Shown: positions 56,285 through 64,000 of the stretch, one piece after another | How positions within the stretch are numbered: position 1 is the stretch's first letter | Layout of the letters: every line of letters starts with the position of its first letter | From: Verrucomicrobiota bacterium | GTDB taxonomy: Bacteria > Verrucomicrobiota > Verrucomicrobiia > Limisphaerales > SXQI01 | NCBI GenBank assembly: GCA_033762115.1 | Contig: JANRLX010000093.1 | Coordinates: 48,737 to 112,736 of the forward strand | DNA: 64,000 nucleotides | Reading direction: 5' to 3' | Program-made: the position numbers and the translations under genes | The notes under the pieces: model-generated | Database searches by the model: none | Told to the model about the DNA's origin: nothing | The model's input: only the letters and a program-made list of their open reading frames with translations

Positions 56285-58965
56285 CGTTCCGATGACCTCA
56301 GGAAAGCGGAGAGGAATCTTCCCGTGTGCGAGATTTTTGATTTTGCCACCTGTTCCGGAGTTCCCTCTGCCACGATTTTCCCACCATTTTCTCCCGCTTC
56401 AGGTCCCATATCGATTACCCAATCGGCTTCCGCAATCAGGTCGAGATTATGCTCAATAACGATCACTGAATGTCCCGCATCGACTAACCGTTGAATGACT
56501 TCCACCAATTTCTGCACGTCAGCCATATGCAGCCCAATTGTGGGTTCCTCCAGGATAAATAAATTCGATTTGCCGCGACGGTCAAAGAGGTCTCCTGTGT
56601 CCTTCAACCCGGTCAACAGATGCGATACCAGTTTGATTCGTTGCGCTTCGCCGCCGCTTAATGTCGGGCTGATTTGTCCGAGACGAAGATAATCCAGGCC
56701 GGTGTCTCTTAACGCCTCAAGTGGTCGGCGAATTTTTGGCACGGGTTGGAAAAATTCCAATGCCTCCGCCACGCTCATTTCCATCACCTGGGCGATTGTT
56801 TTTTCCCGATAGGTAATATCCAGTGTTTCCCGGTTATATCGGCACCCCTGGCAGGTTTCGCAAAGGATGTAGGCAGGTGGAAGAAAATTCATTTCCAGCT
56901 TGATCGTGCCTGCGCCTTCGCAATTCGGGCAACGCCCCTGGGCGCTGTTAAAAGAAAAGCGGCTGCCGGTATAACCACGCAACCGAGCTTCGGGTGTCTG
57001 CGCGTACAAGGCGCGAATCTCGTCAAAAAACCCCACGTAGGTTGCCGGTGTCGAACGTGGGGTTCTTCCAATAGGGCTTTGGTCCACTTCATACACCGCC
57101 TTGAAATTTTCATGCCCCGTCAGATTTGCCGGTGGCTTCGCTGATTTCCCCTTTTCCAGCGCCGTTTTCATTGCTGGCAGGAGGCATTCCCGGATTAAGG
57201 TACTTTTCCCCGATCCGCTCACCCCTGTCACCACCACAAATCGATTCAAAGGAAATGAAACGGTCACCTCCTTCAAATTGTGCAGGTTCGCCCCATGCAG
57301 TATCAGGCACGTTTTCTCTGATTTTTTTTCAATTGGCCGTCGCTTTCCCCGGGCTGGATGCGTTGGTTTCTCTCTCAAATACTTTCCGGTCAGGGACTCC
57401 GGATGCTGTTGCAGTTCCGCTAATGTTCCTGATGCCACGACAGTGCCGCCATGAACACCTGCTCCCGGTCCAAGGTCGATGATGAAGTCCGCCCGGCGCA
57501 TGGTTTCCTCATCATGCTCGACCACCAGCAACGAGTTCCCGCGTTCCTTCAACAGATCAAGGGCGCGCAGGAGATGCTCATTATCTCGCGAATGCAGTCC
57601 AATGGTGGGCTCATCCAGAACATAGAGCACCCCGCTTAAGGTTGATCCCAGTTGGGATGCCAATCGAATTCGTTGCGACTCGCCTCCTGAGAGGGTTGTT
57701 ACACTTCGTCCCAATTGCAGGTATTCCAACCCCACCTCACAAAGAAATTTTAAGCGCTCACGAATTTCCGGCAGAATATCACGCGCAATCTCCGCTTCGC
57801 GCCCGTTTAATTCCATCCGCTCGAAAATCATGGCTGCCTCACTGACGGAGCATTGTGCTAAAGTATCGACTGTTGGTTCTGTTTGCAGCCTTGCCTTCAT
57901 TCCGGAGGGCAGCCCCGTTTTTCGAAATTTGAAGGGCAATCGCACCGCTCGCGCGACCGGGTTGAGCCTCGTTCCCTCGCAATCCGGACACACCTCACGT
58001 TTTCCCTCCTGCCAGCTGAACCATGATTCCTCGACAGCATCTGCCCGCGCACCCCTATCAGCCTCCGGCAAAAAAAATGTTTCGCCAAACCCACGGCAGG
58101 ACCGGCACCAACCTTGCGCAGAGTTATAGCTGAAAAATTTGGGATCAAGCGAAGGGAAGGAATCGCCGCAGGTGGGGCATGCTCTGGAGGTTGAATGAAC
58201 GGTTGCGTCACGATGATTATCCAGCGCCAGCAAAACACCATTTCCAAGGTCCAGCGCTTCGTCAATTAGCACAGCTGCCTTGGCATCCCTGGCCCGACGC
58301 TCCAAAACACCCACCACAATTTCGATATCATGCTCCCGGAAGCGGTCCAGGCGCAGCTTTTCACTTGTGGAATATAATTTTCCATCGGCCCGTATTTCCT
58401 TGTAACCACGTTTGGCTGCCCATTCCCCCACATCAGTGTGAAAACCTTTTCGGTTTCGCACAATTGGGGCAAGCAGGAGCAGGTCTCCCCGTTTTTTCAG
58501 TTTAACAAACAGCTTTTGTCTTAACAAGTCCCGGGTCTGCGCCTGCACTGGTTGCTGGCATTTAGGACAATATTGCAATCCCAGCCGAGCAAACAGTAGC
58601 CGGATGAAATGATAAATTTCCGTGACAGTGGCCACGGTGCTTTTGCCTCCGCCGCGACTGTTCCGTTGCTCGATACTGACGGTCGGGGGCAACCCGGTGA
58701 TCAGGTCAACTTCCGGTCGCGCCATCTGTTCCACGAATTGCCGGGCGTAAGCGTTCATTGCGTCAAGGAAACGCCGTTGTCCCTCCGCAAATATCAGGTC
58801 AAAAGCCAGCGTGCTTTTTCCTGAGCCGCTCACACCTGTGATTACCACGAATTGATCTCGTGGAATGGAGAGGTTGAGGTTTTTCAGGTTATGCTCTCGC
58901 GCCCCAAAAATGCAGATTGCATCCTCTTCAGGTTGCGGCGTGATGGCTTTATTTACCGGCGACAT
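56281..58965 (-). CDS. uvrA: Excinuclease ABC subunit A
   Basis: The start is set at ATG 58965 (MSPVNKAI...). Two ABC modules are present: Walker A 'GVSGSGKST' twice, and signatures 'LSGGESQR' and 'LSGGEAQR'. Zinc-finger Cys clusters include 'CPKCQ', 'CPTCG...CRSCRG', 'CPDCEG' and 'CPNCEG...CETCQG'. Confidence 0.95.
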   Translation of the reverse strand: MSPVNKAITPQPEEDAICIFGAREHNLKNLNLSIPRDQFVVITGVSGSGKSTLAFDLIFAEGQRRFLDAMNAYARQFVEQMARPEVDLITGLPPTVSIEQRNSRGGGKSTVATVTEIYHFIRLLFARLGLQYCPKCQQPVQAQTRDLLRQKLFVKLKKRGDLLLLAPIVRNRKGFHTDVGEWAAKRGYKEIRADGKLYSTSEKLRLDRFREHDIEIVVGVLERRARDAKAAVLIDEALDLGNGVLLALDNHRDATVHSTSRACPTCGDSFPSLDPKFFSYNSAQGWCRSCRGFGETFFLPEADRGARADAVEESWFSWQEGKREVCPDCEGTRLNPVARAVRLPFKFRKTGLPSGMKARLQTEPTVDTLAQCSVSEAAMIFERMELNGREAEIARDILPEIRERLKFLCEVGLEYLQLGRSVTTLSGGESQRIRLASQLGSTLSGVLYVLDEPTIGLHSRDNEHLLRALDLLKERGNSLLVVEHDEETMRRADFIIDLGPGAGVHGGTVVASGTLAELQQHPESLTGKYLREKPTHPARGKRRPIEKKSEKTCLILHGANLHNLKEVTVSFPLNRFVVVTGVSGSGKSTLIRECLLPAMKTALEKGKSAKPPANLTGHENFKAVYEVDQSPIGRTPRSTPATYVGFFDEIRALYAQTPEARLRGYTGSRFSFNSAQGRCPNCEGAGTIKLEMNFLPPAYILCETCQGCRYNRETLDITYREKTIAQVMEMSVAEALEFFQPVPKIRRPLEALRDTGLDYLRLGQISPTLSGGEAQRIKLVSHLLTGLKDTGDLFDRRGKSNLFILEEPTIGLHMADVQKLVEVIQRLVDAGHSVIVIEHNLDLIAEADWVIDMGPEAGENGGKIVAEGTPEQVAKSKISHTGRFLSAFLRSSER

Positions 58966-59009
58966 TCTGAAGATTTTCCACCCCCATGCCCAACTCTGCA
59001 AGTGAACCG

Positions 59010-60260
59010 TTAAAATTTGAGCGTCACCTGGGCTGCCAACAGCTGTTCTCCCTGCTGGAATGCGCCTTCCTGTCGCGAGTAGCTGTACTGCAATTTTGTT
59101 TGAAGATGCCGGTCAAAACGGTAACCCAGCGCCAACTCTGCACGCCAGATGTCACGATCCCATTTTACCCAGTTACCATTTCCATCATTTACCGTGTCAA
59201 AAAATTGCTGGCCCCAACGCGCCGCCGTGAACAGTTGCGGAGTCCATTTGTACTTCGCCTCCAGATAATAACTGATCGTGTCGGCATCCCCTACAGTGGG
59301 AACTTCAAAACTGGCGGCAATCGCTTCGGCCCAAACCTGGAAATGCCTCCACGCATAGGAGAGATCAACGCCAACGGTTGTTTGATTGTAATCATCCAGA
59401 TCATCTCCTGGCGGCAAACCGCCACGCGCAGAAGGAAGCAAATACGCGCCGTGACTTGCTGATGCTCCCACCCGCCATTCAGGGCTTGGAAGGTATCCAA
59501 CCCGGCCACTCCATGTTGGATTTTCCCAATCGAGATCAGTTGCATCCCAGACTGTTGGTCGTGATGAAATGGAGGCATTTTTGAATTCAAGCGCGTATTC
59601 AAACCGGTTCACCACCCCTGAAATTAAAACCCCTGAGCTGTAGGAAGGCCCCCACAGGACCGGCAACCACGCTCCTTTTTCATCCGGTTTGTTGCCCCGG
59701 GCAAGAAATGCTGCCGGACTCGTGGGAGCAGTCACATCGCTGACAATGGTCACATTTTCATAAGCGAGCGGCGCGTTGATCAATGGATTTTCCCAGCTAT
59801 CATGCCGTGCCACCCAATTACCGAACACCGTCGCAAATTTACCCACCTGCAATTGAAAGACCGGCTGCTCAAGCGGTGTGTACCGCAAAAAATATTCATC
59901 CAGCCGTGCATCGCCGTTCTCATCCGCTCCAGGATCGAACCCCCGATCGGCTCGAAACTGGACCAAACCATACAGATGCTTTCCAAGTTCGGCCTCCAGA
60001 AACAAAGTTGCCCTCGGGCTGAAAAGCAGATCGTCATCACTGAACAAAAGTCCCGGTGGGTTCCCATCGATATAATAAGCTTCTGCATCCAAAAGCCCAT
60101 TAATCTCAGCCCGAAACAAGCCGTTACCACTCGAATAACGCAATCGTTCATCAAGTGTTTCCAGAAATTGTGTTTGCGATAGCGTCGAAGCTGTCGGAAT
60201 CAGGCAGAGAAGTGCCACAATCGCCCTCTGTTGCTTCGTTCCTGCGTTTCTCATTTTCAC
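59010..60260 (-). CDS. Predicted outer-membrane beta-barrel protein (porin-like), function unknown
   Basis: 416 aa with signal peptide (AIVALLCLIPTASTLSQ). The pattern alternates and is rich in Tyr/Gly/Asp. The C-terminus '...AAQVTLKF' ends in an aromatic residue typical of OMPs. The start is GTG 60260 (GTGA overlap with the cyclase stop) or ATG 60254. Confidence 0.5.
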   Translation of the reverse strand: MKMRNAGTKQQRAIVALLCLIPTASTLSQTQFLETLDERLRYSSGNGLFRAEINGLLDAEAYYIDGNPPGLLFSDDDLLFSPRATLFLEAELGKHLYGLVQFRADRGFDPGADENGDARLDEYFLRYTPLEQPVFQLQVGKFATVFGNWVARHDSWENPLINAPLAYENVTIVSDVTAPTSPAAFLARGNKPDEKGAWLPVLWGPSYSSGVLISGVVNRFEYALEFKNASISSRPTVWDATDLDWENPTWSGRVGYLPSPEWRVGASASHGAYLLPSARGGLPPGDDLDDYNQTTVGVDLSYAWRHFQVWAEAIAASFEVPTVGDADTISYYLEAKYKWTPQLFTAARWGQQFFDTVNDGNGNWVKWDRDIWRAELALGYRFDRHLQTKLQYSYSRQEGAFQQGEQLLAAQVTLKF

Positions 60261-62020
60261 ACTCGAATGGAAATCAACTGGTAAGCGCGAACAGTTTCAG
60301 AAAAACCCTTTAACTTCATTTCTGGAAGCGCCGTTACCTGCATGACATCCCGGTTGCGTTCGTAGGTTTCCGCATCGATCACCACTTCCATGCGCCCAGC
60401 CTGACTGCAAAGACGCGACGCGAGGTTCACTCTCGGGCCCAGGACTGTGTAGTTGAGCCGATCGGATGATCCCATTCTGCCTGCCAAGGCTTTTCCGGAA
60501 ACGATTCCGATGCCGACCTGGATTTTATACTTCGAAGTCAGGCTCAAATTCTCCCTTGCCTTTATCATTTGCAAGGCGCAGCGCGCAGCATTCAACGAAT
60601 CGTTCCCCGAACTTGTGGGGGCGCCAAAAATCCCCATGATCAGGTCACCTACAAATTTATCCACCACTCCATGATGTTCATAAATGACCCGCGTCAATGG
60701 AGTAAAATGCTCATTCAACATGTGAATGACTTCCGGCGGTTCCATGTTTTGGGTCAGCGCGGTGAACCCGCGGATGTCGCAAAACAGCACGCTCACATCC
60801 CGCTCTTCTCCTCCCAACGCAATTTTGCCGGACATCAAATCCTCAGCAATTCGTTTGTCCGCCACGAGATCAAGCACGCTACGATACCGCTCTTTAAGCG
60901 CCAATCCAGTGGCCATCTGGTTGAATGATTGTGCCAGTTGCCCCACTTCATCGCTGCTTCGGACCGGGACTGAAATGGCGTAATTACCCTCCTCGATTTC
61001 ATGGGTGGCGCGTGCCAGTTCCCGCAGCGGCACTGATAGTCCATGCGAGAGAAAATAACTCAGGCCAAGCGCACCAAGTAATGCAAGTCCACCAAAAAGC
61101 AGGATTCGCCAGAGCAACTCCCGTTGCTGTTTCAGTGAATCCGCCAATGAAAATGCGCACACCTGGAATGCCGGGGGAAAACTCGAACCTGGATTCAGTT
61201 CCCTGGCAATTACCCAGTGCGGCTCTCCATTGATTGCCAGCGGGTAGCCCTCATTCCGGGCAAACTGTTCCAATTCCCGCCCATGCAGTTCTGCTATCGC
61301 CGTGGCGCTGGCTTCCGGCAAGGTCGTCGAATGCAGCTTTTTTCCAAGAAGGATTCCTGTTTTCGTTTTTGTTGCGCCGCTTTCTGGTCCGTTCATTTCC
61401 GGGGCGGCATACCCCAGCACCATCGCTCCAAGCGGCAAATGTTCCACCGGATCAATGATTCGTGTAAACACCACTTCATGGAGGAGCGGAACGCCTTTGG
61501 AATTGATTGGGGCGAGATAACCCACCTGCTGCTGGGCCTGCTTTCGCATTGCTGCTGAGAGAAGCGCGAGTTGCTCTTCAAGGTTTCCTGCCCCTGCAAC
61601 CTGGTACAGCCCCGCATCTGCATCGGGCGGGGTAATCACCTTTCCACTCGCATCCAAAAACCGAAAGAAGGATGGTTGTCGCACCGAGCCTCCTCCGCTT
61701 CCCGGTTTCGACAACTCGTTTCGGGCATTGTCATACAAATCCTTTGCGGTTGAGAGGTCCTTTTCCTGCACGAACTCATTCATCGCTGCGATCAGCCGAA
61801 CTGAATTCACAAACGTGAGGCAATTTTCCTGCACGGCTCCCAGACGAGTGTCCTGTAACTGTGTAAAAAACTGGAACTGGGTTTGAAATTGTTCCCTGAA
61901 AATAGCCCGGTAAGCCGCCTCTACCTTTTGCCTCGTCACCAGCAGTGTCGCCCCTGTCACGCCGATCACCACCAATGCCATCGCCGCCAGCAGTTTGGAC
62001 CGGAAGGAAAGGTTTAACAT
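60257..62020 (-). CDS. Membrane-bound class III adenylate/guanylate cyclase with periplasmic sensor domain and HAMP
   Basis: 587 aa. TM1 (LLAAMALVVIGVTGATLLV) is followed by a ~270-aa periplasmic region, then TM2 (ILLFGGLALLGALGLSYFL). The HAMP region is 'LRELARATHEIEEGNYAISVP...VGQLAQSFNQMATGL'. The cyclase domain shows 'VSVLFCDIRGFTALT', 'KFVGDLIMGIFGAP' and 'YTVLGPRVNLASRL'. Confidence 0.85.
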   Translation of the reverse strand: MLNLSFRSKLLAAMALVVIGVTGATLLVTRQKVEAAYRAIFREQFQTQFQFFTQLQDTRLGAVQENCLTFVNSVRLIAAMNEFVQEKDLSTAKDLYDNARNELSKPGSGGGSVRQPSFFRFLDASGKVITPPDADAGLYQVAGAGNLEEQLALLSAAMRKQAQQQVGYLAPINSKGVPLLHEVVFTRIIDPVEHLPLGAMVLGYAAPEMNGPESGATKTKTGILLGKKLHSTTLPEASATAIAELHGRELEQFARNEGYPLAINGEPHWVIARELNPGSSFPPAFQVCAFSLADSLKQQRELLWRILLFGGLALLGALGLSYFLSHGLSVPLRELARATHEIEEGNYAISVPVRSSDEVGQLAQSFNQMATGLALKERYRSVLDLVADKRIAEDLMSGKIALGGEERDVSVLFCDIRGFTALTQNMEPPEVIHMLNEHFTPLTRVIYEHHGVVDKFVGDLIMGIFGAPTSSGNDSLNAARCALQMIKARENLSLTSKYKIQVGIGIVSGKALAGRMGSSDRLNYTVLGPRVNLASRLCSQAGRMEVVIDAETYERNRDVMQVTALPEMKLKGFSETVRAYQLISIRV

Positions 62021-62024
62021 GCTT

Positions 62025-62687
62025 TCACTCGCCCTGCTTTCCTGCGAAGGAAACCGTCACGGTTTTCCCGTCCACCAGAGTGACTTGCTTTTCATAGGAC
62101 AACTTTTCATCGACCCAGGCTTTTAATTTGAATTCGCCTGCCGGCAATCCCTCCAGTTTGAAAGTTCCATTCGTGTCTGTTCGAGTAAAGTAGGGCGTTT
62201 CCAGCACAAGGATATTTGCGCGCATATGTTCATGAATTTCGCAATACAATTTCACCAATCCTGCCTTGTCGAATTTCTGCGAAGCTGGCTTTTCATCTTT
62301 TCGATATCTTCCCAAATCAAAGCGCTTCGATTTGGAATAGGAAAAAACATTGTGGTAATCGTCGTCGAAATTTGGAAATTCCACCGTAGTGCCGACCCGG
62401 ATCGGTAGAACCCCCGTGGTAAATTGATAGCCGCGCTGCCCCATCTGCACTGTCACGTTCTCCGTCGATTCAGGGAATTTCCCTTCCAGGTAAACCACAG
62501 CGACTACCGGTTCGGCTGGGCGCACCGTTCCTGCCGCCTTGACCTGATAGCGGGACCGTGCAATCGAAGCTGCCTTTTCCGCTTCGGTCAGATCAACCTT
62601 TCCTTCAATGGCTGCGCCGCCGATAGCGTTGGCTGCTGTCATGACGGAAACCAGCATCATGAGGAGAAAGGATGTTCCCTGCGGCAT
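62025..62687 (-). CDS. Periplasmic cupredoxin-like domain protein with a C-terminal carboxypeptidase-regulatory-like beta-sandwich
   Basis: The start is set at ATG 62687 (MPQGTSFLLMMLVSVMTAANA signal peptide); the ORF-track start is a TTG. 'VGTTVEFPNFDDDYHNVFS' and 'LYCEIHEHMRANILV' give a His...Cys-x2-His-x2-Met pattern reminiscent of a type-1 copper site. 'TDTNGTFKLEGLPAGEFKLKAW' is CarboxypepD_reg-like. Confidence 0.55.
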   Translation of the reverse strand: MPQGTSFLLMMLVSVMTAANAIGGAAIEGKVDLTEAEKAASIARSRYQVKAAGTVRPAEPVVAVVYLEGKFPESTENVTVQMGQRGYQFTTGVLPIRVGTTVEFPNFDDDYHNVFSYSKSKRFDLGRYRKDEKPASQKFDKAGLVKLYCEIHEHMRANILVLETPYFTRTDTNGTFKLEGLPAGEFKLKAWVDEKLSYEKQVTLVDGKTVTVSFAGKQGE

Positions 62688-62728
62688 CCTTTGATAATGA
62701 ATGCCTCGTTCAACCCCCGTCAAATTGT

Positions 62729-63412
62729 TTATCTTCGTGGCAACCAGTTCTGCAGTTCAGCCGTGTGGATGAGGTTTACCAGGCGAACTCCGATAACCAT
62801 CGCCGCTATCAGCAATGATGCCCCCGAAATGTGCGACATCATCACCAAAGTCCGTTTGGAAAACCTGCCTCGCCCCCGTCCAACCAGATAACTTAACATC
62901 GCAAACCAAAGCATTCCCCCTGTAAAATTTCCTGCAGCGCAGGTGCCCTTGCTTGCCCAGTTGTCCTGAATCCAACCGTGGCTCAGGAAGGTTGCTGAAA
63001 GGGTGATCCAGAAGAGAAGTACGGCGGGGTTTCCCAGCACCCGCACAAAACCGATCCAGAATGCGGTGTGTGGATGGAACCGTTGCTCCACTGCTTCCAT
63101 TGTTGGAGTTGTTGACGGAAGGTCCCGCACCAGAACGTACTTGAGCCCCAGGAAAAGCATCAGCAGAAAACTGATCAATTCCATTGCCGCGCGCATTCCG
63201 GGCGTTGTGAATAAACTGGAAAAACCTGCAAATGCGAAAAGGCAATAAATCAAATCCATTACCATCGCGCCCAGGCCAACCATCAACCCCCAGATAAAAC
63301 CGCGCCGCGCTCCTTCATTGATGATTGCCACGTTGATTGGGCCTACCGGAATGCAGACCAGAAAACCACTGATCAGCCCCGTCACTCCTGCTTTCACCAG
63401 CGATTCAATCAT
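62729..63412 (-). CDS. LysE/RhtB-family amino-acid exporter
   Basis: 227 aa with 6 TM helices. The N-terminal motif 'GFLVCIPVGPINVAIINEGARRGF' is typical of the family. ATGA overlap with the upstream pssA stop. Confidence 0.8.
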   Translation of the reverse strand: MIESLVKAGVTGLISGFLVCIPVGPINVAIINEGARRGFIWGLMVGLGAMVMDLIYCLFAFAGFSSLFTTPGMRAAMELISFLLMLFLGLKYVLVRDLPSTTPTMEAVEQRFHPHTAFWIGFVRVLGNPAVLLFWITLSATFLSHGWIQDNWASKGTCAAGNFTGGMLWFAMLSYLVGRGRGRFSKRTLVMMSHISGASLLIAAMVIGVRLVNLIHTAELQNWLPRR

Positions 63413-64000
63413 TCGGCTGCGGGGCTCTCCTCCTCATCTTCATCCTCGATTTCACGCCGCATTTTGCGCGAGATTCGAGGGCGGACAAACCCATACAGAA
63501 GATAAGCAGTAAACAATGTCGGAAGAAAAACAGGCAGTACCTTATCCCGGAAAATTAATATCACTCCGAAGAAAATCGCTCCAAGCACCAGTTTCGTGAA
63601 CGGTTTTGTCGCGCGCAAATCCAGCTTTTTGAAGGATGGATACTTCACCTCGCTGACCATCATCATTGAAAGGAAGAGCAGGATCACCGGCAGCAAATAA
63701 CGCCATGGCCCCGCTGCCAGGCCTTTGTCATCCCACCACATGATGAACAGCGTCAATGAAGCCACCAGCCCCGCTGCCGCTGGAATCGGGAACCCCATGA
63801 ACTCGCTATTCCCCGCATTTGGGGTCATCGCGGAAAGGCAATTGAACCTGGCAAGGCGCAACGCCCCGCAAATCAGGTAAATCGATGCAATGAACCAGCC
63901 CAGTTCCGGGTGCAGCACAAACACATCCTTTAAAACAATCCGATGCACGAGGAAAGCAGGTGCGGCCCCGAACGAAACAAGGTCAGCAAGCGAATCAAAT
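63409..64000 (-). CDS. pssA: CDP-diacylglycerol--serine O-phosphatidyltransferase, C-terminal part (gene continues past the right edge)
   Basis: The reading frame is open to position 64000. 'FDSLADLVSFGAAPAF' is the end of the CDP-alcohol phosphatidyltransferase motif. 'CGALRLARFN' and 'FMGFPIPAAAG' are also present. An acidic C-terminal tail follows. Confidence 0.85.
   Translation of the reverse strand, partial: FDSLADLVSFGAAPAFLVHRIVLKDVFVLHPELGWFIASIYLICGALRLARFNCLSAMTPNAGNSEFMGFPIPAAAGLVASLTLFIMWWDDKGLAAGPWRYLLPVILLFLSMMMVSEVKYPSFKKLDLRATKPFTKLVLGAIFFGVILIFRDKVLPVFLPTLFTAYLLYGFVRPRISRKMRREIEDEDEEESPAAE

Overview
The window is 64 kb of gene-dense bacterial chromosome: about 50 CDS, one tRNA, short intergenic regions and many stop/start overlaps. 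I found no rRNA, CRISPR array, transposase, integrase or prophage genes. The gene content points to the PVC superphylum, most likely Verrucomicrobiota. Supporting markers are an H-X9-DG prepilin-like protein, a giant ThuA/beta-propeller/HEAT/cytochrome-c 'Pirellula/Verrucomicrobium-type' dehydrogenase, a secreted sulfatase homologue and large FN3/Ig adhesin-like proteins. About half the genes are recognisable housekeeping genes: thiH, cysS, PPi-type pfk, fpg, recN, folE, uvrA, pssA, msrB, an rluA-family gene, lptF/G, mscS and tRNA-Tyr. Seven regions deserve a second look. (1) A compact, translationally coupled ATPase / PilM-PilN-like / PilO-like / secretin operon has no platform protein or pilin genes. 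(2) An LpxL-type acyltransferase / SDR / alpha-oxoamine-synthase operon joined by TTGA and ATGA overlaps looks more like a sphingoid-base or aminolipid pathway than biotin synthesis. (3) A cupredoxin-like protein / membrane class III cyclase / outer-membrane barrel triad is tightly linked. (4) A DMT-like membrane protein / PaaK-like adenylating enzyme / Cys-rich protein operon has unknown function. (5) A sulfatase homologue has lost its formylglycine nucleophile. (6) Two giant secreted proteins share a C-terminal '...S-[DN]-L-x-x-W...KFYRA' domain. (7) A roughly 1930-aa thioester-containing alpha-2-macroglobulin lies divergent from the giant redox protein. I could not single out one clearly novel system. 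All family calls come from motif recognition by eye with no database search, so start codons and family names are provisional.
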